A DNA stretch of 63,372 bases, the filler included, from Nemertoderma westbladi (taxonomy: Eukaryota > Animalia > Xenacoelomorpha), in NCBI GenBank assembly GCA_032718475.1. It is 3 parts of 3 records of this genome, joined end to end, with 100 filler letters (N's around TTAATTAATTAA, not from the genome) between each part and the next. Parts side by side here need not be neighbours in the genome. Positions count along the whole stretch, not along the records: positions 1 to 27,319 come from JAUCBJ010007530.1; positions 27,420 to 55,637 come from JAUCBJ010006058.1; 1 more part is not named here. The stretch is one strand, 5' to 3'. The notes under the pieces were generated by a model that was not told the DNA's origin, did no database searches, and saw nothing but the letters and a program-made list of their open reading frames with translations. Shown here piece by piece: positions 25,290-38,630 of this stretch. The first letter of the stretch is position 1. Every line of letters begins with the position of its first letter. The translations under genes and the position numbers were made by a program.

Positions 25290-26332
25290 CACATCTACCC
25301 TCCTAAGGCAAAACCATGTAACTCAAAAAAATCGAGTTTTGAGAAAAATCAACCTAAAGTTAACGAATCTGCACGAAAACATGTGAATGTCTGTGTGAAC
25401 ATTTTAAACACTAAAGGTCAAATGGTATATTTAAATACATAGAAAGTCGGATAGTTATAAAACCCGAAAATAACGAAAAAGACGAATTTATCAGCGAAAA
25501 TATCAAAATTATCAAACAATCTACAAAACCTCGCTTTCTAATAAGATCGATATTATTAGAAGGCACACTTTACATTTTTTAATTAATTAAATCCGATAAT
25601 TTCGCCCCATTTTCGACCTTAAAAGTAATTTAATACCAAATACTGTCTGTTGGTTGGTTGTTGGGTGTTGACCAATAATGGCGGCTTGGATGAATCAACT
25701 CAGCATCAGCAGATCAGTACAGCGGGCCTACTTGTGTGTTACTGTACAAGCATGGTACGGTACAGCCTGAAACGGCAAAGTTGAAAGAAGTGGTCCGGTA
25801 CCCTAACCCAACACTGCAACAATGTAATTCCCATATAAATTTTTGCCTTACGGCATACGGTACCTTAACGCTACCTAGCCTTGGTGCGCACTGTACAGTG
25901 ACTGTCAGGCAAGTGGTCTTAGAGCTCTAAACTTAAGCTAGCTATTTAAAAAATGATTTTATTTTGATTTTCGAGTTACATGGATTTACCTTACAAATTC
26001 TAACCAGTTTAATTATATTACATCATGTCAATTATATAAATTTCAACAGCTGTTCCTAAGCCAAAACAATGTAACTCGCATGAGATACATGGTGTACAAT
26101 TATAGTTACATGGAGTGTCATTATCACATTAGGGATACATGGTTCTGCCTTGGCATGCCTTAACAAATTCATATAATGTAGTTACATTCTACCCCCTTTT
26201 TAAACCCTTTAGAGTTTAGATGCACTCTATTAAGTTCTACCACTAGATAGAGTTCGCCGTAAGCTTTAAAATGATACCAATATCTCATTTTTGTCAAAAT
26301 TCAAGTTACTCTGCCTTAGGACGGCAGACATG
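25290..26332. mobile_element. piggyBac-like non-autonomous element
   Basis: TTAA-CACATCTACCCTCCTAAGGCA ... TGCCTTAGGACGGCAGACATG-TTAC imperfect TIRs with a TTAA-like target. Confidence 0.55.
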
Positions 26333-27319
26333 TTACAAGATTATGCAGGTCTTTATAATTTGGTCTTTGTTTTGTTCCCACCGGTCGTGGGCAGCTACTG
26401 TAGCTATAGCTATGGCAACCTACAGTAAGATTGAGTGAGTCATCAAAAATTATCGTTTGGGTTTCTACCGATCGGTTATGCTACGGCTACGGGATAGTAA
26501 TATTTACCGACCGTTGTCACCGGTTATTACCGGCTATTAACAGTTATCCAATTTTTTTCACAGGTTATCCAACAGTTATCGAAAATGAATATAAAAAGGC
26601 CAAAAATAGTCTCCCGGCTGTCTGGGATATCATTTTTACATTTATTTTAAGGACAGGAGTTCTCCTTAAATATGTAGTTGTAACGGTACCACGTAGGCCC
26701 CTACTGACTGATATCAGGATATGCAGCCGTGGTTACAAACATTTTGGTAGACCTACCTCTTTATATGGTTTTCCACTGCATCGCCAAAAGTATATACACT
26801 CGAGTTGATCATCATAAAAGTACTGTACAAAGTTGTCATGTGATTGATAATAATTTTAAAGAAATACAGAATTGGTGGTAAATAAGATCACACATCAAAT
26901 GGCACGCACAATCATTGTATAAACTAGCGAACTAGATGTTCAAGGTGAGAAGTTCGAACAACCTTTCGAACAAACTCTGTTCACTTTGGATAACCTATTG
27001 TGTAAGATCAATTGCGTAGCTATTATTAAACACTTTTGGCTTAGGTGTTTATATTTTGTGTGTCTGTTTGTTTGTGTTTGGAGCTCATTTACTCCATACT
27101 AATAAACATGTATTCCTACAGAACGACAAGAGACAAGAGTCACACATGAATTTGGACACAAAAATTGATCCCAGTTCCCAAGAAGGCGAGGTAAACCAAT
27201 CGACGGATCTTTTTCGGGGAACTCGTTGATCTTGATTGCTGCAAAGCTATACATTATAATTATTTGAAATCGCACCAGGGATCCTGATGAGAGACTGTAG
27301 GTCTTTTTCCATCATTTAG

Positions 27320-27419
27320 NNNNNNNNNNNNNNNNNNNNNNNNNNNNNNNNNNNNNNNNNNNNTTAATTAATTAANNNNNNNNNNNNNNNNNNNNNNNNN
27401 NNNNNNNNNNNNNNNNNNN
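27320..27419. other. Assembly gap / contig linker
   Basis: N run with a central TTAATTAATTAA (stops in all six frames). Confidence 0.98.
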
Positions 27420-30400
27420 AGCAGTAAACCAACTGATATTGAGACCTAATGGTTGTATGGTAGGCCTACTATTTATAAATCGTTAGATTTGATTTATAAT
27501 ATATATATACCCGTTTTAATGGGTTTTGTCAATGTTTGAAATAAATGTTATTATTTCTGGGGAGTAATCACTACACAAAGCGGTGCGCTTTCAGTGAAGT
27601 GTTACTTATAGGACACTAAAACAAATAATACTAATTTACCTAAGTTACTTAATACTACAAATTACGTACAATTCGGGTGAGATTACAATCTCTAAATAAA
27701 CACAAAAATTTACAAAAAACACAAATACGAATTTTCAGGGTAATTTTACAAGAAGTCTACAAACCAGCCTAACAAAGGGTTAGAATTCTGGTTATTACAA
27801 CGGACAGGGTACTACGGTATTTGAAATAATAAGTAGTAGTAAATACACTGCGTTGTCCAGATAGGAAATACCACCGCCTGACGACCTATAGCCGTATCGC
27901 TATAGGTACTACGTTATGTATCACGGAATGTCCTACCTAGAAGTTAATAGAGCTAATCGAACGTGCCTATCAACCACTTTACAACACAAATATAATGCCT
28001 ACACTAATTACTCTCGGAAAGCACTGTACACTAAACCCTAAATTAGGTACGAGTACTTGTACAACAGATAATCAGTAGTTAAATATACTTGAACAGCTAA
28101 AAGAACCACGGCATCTGCTGGAGTGACCGATGCACAAAATCACCAGTCTTTACCTACGCCAAGCAGCCCGTGTAGTACCGGGGTTAATTTAACTATAGCG
28201 GTATGTATAACAAACACAATTACTGTAGGAACAAACTTGGGGAATGAATGTTGCGAATAATCGCATAAACTCTGAATAATAAATATTACGCTACGCGTAC
28301 AACTACTCAAACAAAATGCAGACCGAACACTGACAGACTACTATCAAGCCTAAACAAACTACGGTATATGCAGACTCCGAAATAATTAGGTAGTATGCGT
28401 TCTAACCCAGTAGTACGACTTATTCTTTAATTGGGGGTTTACCTTACAGCATTCGCTGCCCCTACTTCCTAACCGTTCTTTATCGGACAAGTGATCTACA
28501 CACGCTGCAATCCGCTCAGGCCTAATAACAGCCAGACAACTATCCAGCCTACAAATTATCTAAATAAAATTATACGCTACCCGTACAGACTTACACAAAC
28601 AAAGTACAGACTAAACGATGGCAGACTACTCTCAAGCCTAAATAAACTACAGGACATGCAGACTCCGAAATGATTAGGGAGTATGCGTTCTAACCCAGTA
28701 GTACGACTTATTCTTTAGTTGGGGGTTTACCTTACAGCATTCGCTGCCCCTACTTCCTAACCGTACTTAATCGGACAGGTGATCTACACACACTGCAATC
28801 CGTTCGGACCTAACAGCAATCAGACAACAGCTCAGCCTACAAATTGTCTGTACAATCTGATCAGGTTTACACGCCTTCTGTTCAATACTGGCCTACAAAC
28901 AAATAAAACTGACAGAAATAAGTAAGCTCCAAAAGAAACAAGGGGTGTACAGTCCCTAATCTCTTAAACAGCCTACCGGTATACAACAACCAAGTCGAAT
29001 AATACTAATGTACTTATACGGGAAGTACCGGTTAGGACAGTTAGGCCTACGGACCTACAGAAGTACCGGTTCTGGCAGTTGGACCTACGGGCCTACAGCT
29101 ACAGCAGTACCGGTTCTTGCAGTTGGGCCTACTGACCTACAGAAGTACCGGTTCAAGTTTACCGGTTGACCGGTATTTTCAACTTTATTGCTTACTGCAA
29201 TAAAGAAGCTATATCCGTTATTGTTCGCGCTTTCAGACCTTTGGCAGTTTAACCCGCCAAATTAGGATGTCTTCTAGATAATAAATCACCTTTAGTCTAT
29301 AACAAGTATTTAATTCACTACACTAGTCGAAACCAATCTGTGCGCGATCATTCACCCGTTGGATATACCCGGGAGATTGGGTTCGACGGCTTAATTTTAT
29401 TGCTATGTAAGCCTAATGTATTATTCGACTGACAGTATTATATAATCTCTGACAATATTATTCACCTTCGGGAAATATTAACAGTTCCTTTAGGACGTGG
29501 CGCTCTATCTATATAAACAGAGTTATGACTTAAACTACTCACAACGATATGGCTTAGTTACAATTCACATATATGGCGCATTCTTTAGGAAATGCTTCGT
29601 TATCAGTCTCACTCATACACAATGCTGCACAATACTGCACACTGATCTGCCGATCTTCACTGATTTTAGTCACATATAAAAGGAACACAGACCGAATCAC
29701 GTAGGGTCTATCAAATAACATTAGATTCACTTCAAACCACTCAACATAGGTCGCAATCATTTATCTGTAACCCTTCTCTCTTACCTTCGGTATATCAAGA
29801 ATATTGGGTTTTCGGGGTTATTTGTCGTTATTCCAAATATAATAATTCATCAACCATATTATGAAGAACCGACAGTAAATAGCAGTATAACAATATAAAA
29901 GTATGCACAGTGTTACACAGTATGCAGTGTATGCAGTACTGCAGTATGCAGTATGCAGACATCAGTCATCAGACATCAGTGATAACGGATATATGTCCTT
30001 ATAATTAAGCCTACTAGTGTAGGACTAAAAACTGAAAACACGGAGGTGCCAAAAGCCGGTTCTTAGGCTCTGGGCAAAACATAACACTGAACTACTGAGT
30101 TTCTGTATACCTCCATCACAGAGACAACAAACGCTCTGATTGGTCAACCTGAACAACGAGAGACAAAGAAACAAAGAAACGTCGACGTGGCAATATCAGC
30201 TGCTAGCCGTCGTCATGGTAGCGACACTGTTTTCAAGAGTATCGAGCTTTTACGTCACGGAATTACGGATTATGTCCTCTAAAGTACAAATACAGAAGAA
30301 ATAGCTTTTATGTCCGCTAAAACACCAGTACAGCAAGGACACGGCCTTTTTATGCCTGGTAAACCAACTACAGAGTATTTTACGGGAAAAATAAGGAAAA

Positions 30401-30431
30401 ATAACCGGACAATTCAGCAAAAGCTTTTACA
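27420..30431 (-). mobile_element. Second copy of the long LTR-like element, truncated by the gap
   Basis: Colinear with about 790-3756; same GCTTTTACA terminus. Confidence 0.6.
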
Positions 30432-30847
30432 ACATTCTTATTATTGGCTCTCCTAATCTCAGAATGGTAATATGTGAAATCTGATTGGTTGATATGGGTT
30501 GTCAACATGTTTCTTGTACCTGAGGATCAGTTTCCTTTGCTTTCCAGAGGGAAATTTGAACATTGGCTTACATATTGTGAGCCAATGCTTCAATAAGCGG
30601 TAATTGAAAAAACACGTGCATTCATATTGTTAAAAAAGACAATTCCCTTTAATTTTTCCGTTCCAAAAAATTGAGTAGATAGGAAAATATGTCTAAGATG
30701 ATTTTCGAATGCTCCAATAGATTGTTAATAGATTTTAACCAAGTGAATAGTGTTTTAAAGATTGTTGTCCCACAACAACATTGCCCATTTAAGAAAGCTC
30801 TAATTACACTGTTATTAGTTTTTATTTCACCCTTTCACAGAATCTGA

Positions 30848-31520
30848 AACTAGAACAAAGCCACCTCCGCTTTGCAGGACATTGCTTTCGCCGTGAGGAC
30901 CAGCCAGCCTTGTGCTTCAGAGGCCTCGCAGAGAGAATATGCTTGTGGACAGCCCATGACTTTCTTGAGACGCATCTTGAAGGACACTGGCTTTGAAGAT
31001 GCGGATGATCTAGCAAAAATGTCATGGGTGATTGGGAATTGTGGCGGCAAAACTTTGTCGACAAGCCGGCCCAGCATTCTTAATATATATGTAATATATA
31101 TATAATGCAGCTGCAATGCAGCATGCCGATCGTATTAGTAGTACTTCACTGTGTCAAGTACAATGCACACATCTCCAACCAGACACTATAAAACATTGGA
31201 GGTGCCTCATCGGTTCCTCCAAGCTTGACACTAGAACAAAACCCCCTCCGCTTTGCAGGACATTGCTTTCACCGTGAGGACCAGCCAGTGCATAATCTTG
31301 TGTTTTGAAGGCCTCATTGAGTGAATAAGCATGGTGGACAGCCCATGACTTTCTTGAGACGCATCTTGAGGACATTGGCTTTGAAGATGCGGATGATCTA
31401 GTAAATGAAATGGGTTATAGGGAATTGCGGCGGCGAAATTTTGTCGACAAGCCGGCAAAGCTTTCTTAAAAATGCAGCTCCAATGCAGCATACCGATCCT
31501 AGGCACTAGGAGTAGTAGTT
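30848..31520 (+). mobile_element. Two head-to-tail RTE-like LINE 3' fragments
   Basis: Two successive CGCTTTGCAGGACATTGC...GCAATGCAGCAT(G/A)CCGATC units, each ending in a TAG-like tail (about 31143, about 31520). Confidence 0.85.
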
Positions 31521-31559
31521 CGGTACCAGAACAAAGAGAAGGTGTATTCAATTGTCATA

Positions 31560-31803
31560 CTAGATAGTAATGATAGTCTGATACAGTAGTGGGGAAGATG
31601 AATCTGATACTATTTTACCAAATATTTTTGCTACCATTAATGCTCATTGTTGTTCCTGAACAACATTCATTAAAAATATTCAAATAATAAAAAAAAAAAA
31701 AATTTTTTTGGCATTAATGTGTTCTTTTAGACTGTTTTCAGTTTATCTAACCTAAAAAAAAATTTTCTAAACAACCATTAAAAATAATTCGAGCAGCAGA
31801 GGG
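31560..31803. mobile_element. piggyBac-like end inserted at a TTAA inside a LINE
   Basis: Ends CAGCAGAGGG|TTAA; the TTAATGCTC that follows matches LINE sequence at 11343; left boundary uncertain. Confidence 0.45.
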
Positions 31804-32157
31804 TTAATGCTCCTTCAGTTTTTGCAGCAGCCTTGCACTTCTGCAAATGAGATATCGCCAATCAGCCAATGGGAATATCTGGGCGTACAGACACTTTTAC
31901 TTCAAAGTTATCAGACAATACCCTGTCATTACCGGTATTGATGAGCTTTTCAAAGTGGGCCTTCCAACCATTGAGTTGATCGGCTGGTGATTCTGCCTTA
32001 CTGCCTTAACCTTGGTGGTTTGCTGTCTTTTCCGCCTAGTCAGCCAGTAAGCAAGTTTATCGATTTCCATGCCTGGGATGATTGCCTGCTGTCGTCGGCA
32101 TCATTGATGGCATCAACCTGTTGTTTTATAAGCTCCTGCTGTCCTATAGATGAACAG
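31804..32157 (-). mobile_element. RTE-like LINE internal fragment (region upstream of RT)
   Basis: QSSQAWKSINLLTG...WKAHFEKL; weak similarity to 11343-11430. Confidence 0.6.
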
Positions 32158-32205
32158 AACTGCCTGTTCGTTATTCGAAGAAATACGGGGTAGGCCCTAT
32201 AACTT

Positions 32206-33346
32206 TTCGCCGTATCCGTATTCGTATGCATTTGCCGTATCCGTATGTCAGTATGTAGTGTACATACGCGTATGTGCCGTATGTAATGGATTCCTATGGA
32301 GAATAATCCATATGTGATTTTAGAGATTACAGTAGGCATTGCAGCATTGCGGACCAGTAAGAAGTGCACATCACACATGCAGACTGAAGACAGGTAGGCC
32401 TACTTCTGTACTTAAAGCTAAGTGCAGAAGTGATTTAAAGAGTGTGGCTGCCGCTACCTTTTGTCAAATAAACAATGCAGGACAGGTCCAGGATGAGTGA
32501 CAGCCAGACAGCCGCCAGCCCCAGGATGCGCCAGCAGTGCAGTACCTATTAACCATCTCTTCTTGACGCCGCTTGGAAATCTAACCAACCGTGATTTATT
32601 TTTGAACTGTTTTTCCACCAACCTGGCTATAAAATGTTGTTGGCTGCTACAGTCTGACAGTACCGGTATACTGGTATATGGCACTAACAATAACATAGTA
32701 TAGACTGATAGAAGCAGCAATGAGCAGATGAGAATGCTAAGGGAATAAACATTCGCACAGATATTGAAAGCCGTCGCAGCGTCGTGCCAGTCTGTCCTTC
32801 TTTGTGAATTTATTAACATATAATACAGTAATATACCTTTACTTTCGCTGTTTCGGGGCCAGTATATAGGCTATTTAGTTAACCATAGGCAACCAGCAAC
32901 CAGTCAGCCAGTGCCAACAAGTCCAGCCTAGTGCCAGTTAGTCAAACCACGTGTCAGCGAGTGCAACCGGGTGCCAGTAATTAATCTAAAACCAACCTGC
33001 CAACCGGGCGGCCAGGTGTCAGTTCAGTTAGTACAATAAAACAAGCGCTGTGGCGCATCCCGGGGCTGAAGGATATCATCTGTCACTCCTGCACTCATCC
33101 TGGACCTACAATGTTTATTTGCCATTAGGTAGCGGCAGCCGCACTCTTTAACAGTTTAAATCATATTGCTTTTAAGTAGGCCTACCTGTCTTCAGTCTGC
33201 ATGTGTGCTGTGCACTTCTTACTGGTCCGCAATGCCTAATCTTTAAAATCACATACGGATTATTCTCCATAGGAATCCATTACATACGCACATACGCGTA
33301 TGTGCAAACGGATACGGCAAATGCATACGGATACGGATACGGCGAA
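32206..33346. mobile_element. Foldback-type MITE with ~300-bp terminal inverted repeats
   Basis: 32206-32540 is the reverse complement (with indels) of 33045-33346, e.g. TTCGCCGTATCCGTA / TACGGATACGGCGAA. Confidence 0.8.
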
Positions 33347-33804
33347 TACGGTAATTGAATTTGACACGACTTACGATTTGCGTTCGACGTCTTGAAGCCG
33401 TCTCTAATTGGTCTGGTCCCAAGAACTACTATGCTGCTATGATTCTACAGTAGACCCTGCACCGCTGCACCCTGATTGGTTCCTAAAAAATTAGAGCAAA
33501 TTGCAGAATTGATTTGTATAATGGAAGGTACCGGTACCTGGGTACTGTAGGCCTAATAATACCGGTACACGGTAATACATAATACTACTGCAATATTTGC
33601 TTACTGCTTATATTATTAGCCTATATATCTGTATATATATATATTAAATACATATATTTAATTTAATAATATTATAATATACCGGTACATATATAAAATA
33701 TATATTAAATACTAGCCTTTCGCATTTAGGCCTAGTGCGTAGTGAACTTGGAAGTGCGGACTTGGAACTGAGTTCAACTGAAGTGACAATCAGACAACTG
33801 GACA

Positions 33805-34987
33805 ATGGAACGGTTTACTTGTGAGTCGAACAACGCATTGTTAATTACCAAATCTATGTTCGCGAACATCTGTTCAGAAAATGATTCGTTTGTGCGGACG
33901 TTTCTCGAAGAATACCTGGACGCGAACTCGAGTTTTCTGGACGATTATGTTGTTAATAAATGTACGGCTGCTTATATTACTGAGTGGCTGCTGCGTTCAC
34001 TCTCCTCTGGGTTTAACAACGCCGCCACCACCTCGGCTTTACCACACAACACGACCCAATCACCGGTTACTGTCCGGACTGCCGGGTACCGCGAGACCAG
34101 TATGCCGCAGTGTCCATTGACGACATCGGCGTCGACACCTACGTACCACCACAATGACTATCCTGCGACAGGAAAGCATCCACAATCTCGATACTCGAAT
34201 CAACCCACGCCAACTACCGAACCCTCTTCTATGCAGCCTGTGGTGAGGTTACAACGTCTCAACCAGACAGACCTCCCGGGAGAACAAAGACAAATGGATT
34301 ATAAACTGAGTCCAATAGACACCGAACCAAACCCCATTGTATCTGAATCGAGTAATAATACAGCCAGTTCAACTTTATTATCTTATAACAACATATCCTC
34401 CTATACCCCCGCAGTAACCACAACCAACTCAAACCATTATTCTACCCAACCTCTATCAGCAGACCAGTCAGATGTTCCGGTAATCCTACGCGTTAAGACG
34501 GAAGACGAAGTCGAATATGAACCCGACCTAAACGAGGTTGGCGATGGCTTGGGCGATTTGTTCTCCCCTATGGATGCAGCATATGGAATACGTCACGATA
34601 TCCTAACTAACTCCCCGACCCCCCACACCACCCAGGGTCTCTCCCCACTCACTAGCTCCCCGACCCCCCACACCACCCAGGGTCTCTCCCCACTCACTAG
34701 CTCCCCTACCCCCCACACCACTCAGGATCTCTCCCCACTCACTAACTACCCGGCCCCCCACACCACTCAGGATCTCTCCCCACTTACTAACTCCCCTACT
34801 CCCCACACCACCCAGTGTCTCTCTCCACTCACTAACTCCCCTACTCCCCACACCACCCAGGGTCTCTCCCCACTCACTAACTCCTCGCCAAGCTTCACTA
34901 CTCTGTCTCCAGGCGACTTCGACTTAAACCTCTCCAACATCTACAACTTCCCATTAAGTCCTAAATCAACGACAGTTTTTGATATCG
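33805..34987 (+). CDS. C2H2 zinc-finger gene copy A, coding exon 1 (N-terminal helical motif, S/T/P-rich linker, 15-aa repeats)
   Basis: Long ORF ending at donor G|GTTAGT (GTGAGT in the paralog), phase 1, compatible with the acceptor at 37125. Confidence 0.75.
34605..34885 (+). repeat. 45-bp coding minisatellite, ~6 units (SPTPHTTQGLSPLTN)
   Basis: Direct tandem repeats in frame with exon 1. Confidence 0.92.
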
Positions 34988-35928
34988 GTTAGTTACTATG
35001 TGTTAGATTAAACAACCTTTAGTCCGTATTGGCCGGCAAACTAGTTAGCATTTTGAATCTAAATACCCTAATATACCTAATACAATATTGAATTTTACAA
35101 TAAAGAATGTTGTTAAATTCAAGAAAACAAGTTAAATAATTCAAATAAAACCAAGATTATCTTCATTACACATACAGCCTATTACCGCGGTACAACACCC
35201 TACACAATATTTTCCTCCATTCACATGACATTTGGCCCTGCCCTATATAATAATGATGTGCTAGAGGCATCGCTCACTAATCGTGGCTCGCCCCACATTG
35301 TATTATACTACACACTAACACAGGCACGGACCCAAAGGAAGAGAGGCTATGGGACTACACCCTGGAATTTTGGAAGTGGCCAATAGTCATTTACTAATAT
35401 GATGGGATAATTATTGGTACAGTTTTGAAAATTGTTAATCCTGTAAGAATAAAATCATAAAAAAGTATATAAAATTTTGATGAAATTCAAACCACTATCT
35501 CTGGACTGGAAGTAGGTATTGAGATTATTAAATATTTTTATGCGTTCTTTAAAATTACAAATTGAAGTAACAATAGATCAATCAAAGCTCATATCTTATT
35601 TAATTGACTAAAATATTAGCTAAATCCGAAGGTACCGTATAGCCTATGGGGTTTGAGGTCTCTGATTATATTACAACTTTCGAAATATAATGGTTCTAGC
35701 CACTAGAAGTGGGGTTGAGTAGAGAATTGGATGGATATGAAATGATACAATTAATGGGACTTATACAATTACACAAAGAATACAATTCTAACAATTACCC
35801 AACGAATCAATTAATTCCAAAATTGCAATATTGGGATACCAATTGCTATTTATAGCAGCCGAAATAATACCTTTTATACATTTTATAATTTGTCAAGTAA
35901 TAGATCAACAAGCTAAATATTTCCTCAA

Positions 35929-36444
35929 GGGGGCGTCACGCAAATTTTTCCGATTTTTGACCCCCCCCCCTCCCCCCTCTGTCACAAAGTGTCACACAAG
36001 CTCGACCCCCCCCCCCCCCCCTCTGTCACATTAGACAATTTGTAATACCCCCCCCCCCCCTCACCCCCGCCCCGACAAAAAATATGTTTATTGTAATGCC
36101 AAAATAAATATAAATTCAATCACTATATCTACATTTTCCCACGGGCAAGTCAAGTGTTCTTATTCTATATTAATAACAGGTATTACAGTGTTGGAGTCAA
36201 TGGCTTCTATGTCCTACTCAATTTATCGATTATACTCAATGTCATTGAGTTTATTGTTTTCCTTAAAGTTACCCACTCTTCTACACATGTGTGAAAGTCA
36301 AAGCCAAGCTAACATTAAAGCATAGAACATCGCCGTGACCGTCACAAAAGTCGACACCCCCCTCCCCCCTCTGTCACAAAATGTCACGCAAGCTCTAACC
36401 CCCCCTCCCCCCCTAGTGCGTGACATACTTTATGAACGCCCCCC
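35929..36444. mobile_element. MITE in the ZNF intron (Harbinger-like GGGGG ends)
   Basis: GGGGGCG..TCACGCA left and TGCGTGAC...CGCCCCC right; repeated CTGTCACAAA.TGTCAC motifs. Confidence 0.5.
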
Positions 36445-37125
36445 AAGACATTTTTTGATAATTGGTAGACACTCATTACTCAATACGTGCTATTATTCTC
36501 TATATTTGTTTATTGTAAACCAATTATCATCATCATAATTATAATTATTCCTTTTATATTTAATATACGGTTTCTACTATATGTAATTCGTAATGTCTAA
36601 TTTATTTTATTTATCACTTAAGTAAAATTACAATGTTTACCCCGCTCGGGGACGTCAGGGTGTCGCTTTGTTGAAAAACAACTATGTATTTGAGTAGGTA
36701 CCGACTATTTTGATTTCTTAATAGTTTGTTAATAAATCTAAATATCAGCTGGATTTTAATTTTGCAAAATAAAGTTTAAGATATTTGCGGTATTTACAAT
36801 CGCCCTCAATTCATCGAATATTGATTAATTTAAAAAGTCGAATATATTATAATATAATGATATATAATAATGTAATAATTATATCTAATCGAATATATTA
36901 TTTCGACTTCATTTCCTCATTTTCGATTCGGATTCTAAGCAATGGAATTTGTTCGATTTGACTCGATGTCAGGCCCTGTCATACATACACTTTTATCAAA
37001 AATAAAATGACTTTAAATCTATTTTAATTCAGTAAGTCATGTTTTTTAATTATTTCATTACTTACATAATATTCTGATTTTAATCAATATTCTCCATTAT
37101 TAAATCACTCCATTACTTTCTCTAG

Positions 37126-37620
37126 GTGACCAATCACAGCCATACCCTGATGATTCAGACACGCTCATTTCCGACGATGACGTAACACCCTGGAATATAA
37201 GTAATTCCTTCGACCAACCTGGTCCCTCTGGGATTCAACCCCAGGATATTGTGAAAGGAAGCCGCTCCAATGAGAAGCCTTTCAGCTGTGATACTTGTGG
37301 TAAGGCGTTCGCATGGAAAGGCAAGCTAATTAGACACCAACGGATCCACACCGGCGAGCGTCCTTACCAATGCGGCATCTGTTACAAACGTTTCGCTCAC
37401 CTAGTGCAACCTAACCTCGCACAAGCGGACGCATTCCGGAGAGCGTCCGTTTGTGTGCGACACGTGCGGGAAGGGATTTACGCAGAGCTGCAATCTAAAA
37501 ACTCACAAGAGATCACATACAGGGGAACGGCCGTTTAGCTGCGATACATGCGGTAAATGTTTCTCACACCGACATCAAGTAAAGCGCCACAAATGTATCC
37601 GCAGTGGGGAGACTCGGTAA
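37126..37620 (+). CDS. C2H2 zinc-finger gene copy A, exon 2 (about 4 fingers; 1-nt frameshift near 37400)
   Basis: TTTCTCTAG acceptor; [23 protein letters not shown]...; after removing one base it continues [24 protein letters not shown] to TAA at 37620. Confidence 0.75.
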
Positions 37621-38630
37621 CTGTAATGTTTGTAAGAAACGTTTCCTAACTTCCGGTAAACTTGTTAGACACATTTAAATCATTGAGATATAGTGTTTAT
37701 TGTACAAATGTATTGAAGCTCCGAATTAAGTATAACTGCAACGTGTGTCAGAAACATTTCTCACGGTTTGATGATGATTTTAGGACAAAACAGATTTATT
37801 CCTCTGCCTATTCATTTGAGTACTTTGGGTTCAAATTCATGATCTTCAAAATATTTAAAGATCTAACATATTAAATTTCTACACGGAAAGTAATAATTGC
37901 TTCTTTCTGTTTTCTTTCATTATATTTTTCAGATAGGGGGGTGGGGTCTTTTCAGAAAGAGGAAGATTTCGACGCAAATAACAGCTTATTACCCCCAAAA
38001 ATAAAACTGTGACCTGTTCTATTGACTTTAGTTTATTGTTTTGGTTAGAATAACGTGTCACTGTAACCTGCTCCTTTTGCTACATTGATAATTTAACATT
38101 GAGGCGAAATATTTATTCGCCGCATTGGGATGTGCGTCCGGTTTCCCCCTGTTTCATTTTTCAAATAGTTGATATTGGATTATAATTAATTATTTGACCG
38201 TGTAAATCGCCTATAAAAATGTACAGTAGATGACAATAATTCCATATTCTAACCACCACCCCTCCCCTCGAAGTTAAATTATGTTTTGGCAACATTAATA
38301 CTGTGAGTGGAGTTGGGTTCAGATGTAATTTTGCTTTAGATTCCTGTTTATAGCAACATATTTATCTGTCGGCTTAAATAATTTGAAAATACTGTAGAAA
38401 GCATTGATTACCTTTACCAACTACAGTAACTTATTCAAAGAAATTCAGAACGGTAATTTAATTTGACACTACTAACTTACGACTTGCTTAACGGCGTCTT
38501 ATTGACGCTGTCTGTCCCTATTTGGTCCCAAGAACTATAATACTACAGTAGTCCCTGATTGGTCCCTAAAAAATTAGAGCCAATTGCAGAATCCATTTGT
38601 ATAATGGTAGGTACCGGTGCCAGGGTACTG

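Noticed and set aside
27364-27375. TTAATTAATTAA as a biological motif (also at 55682)
   Set aside because: Identical spacer centred in N runs; an assembly linker
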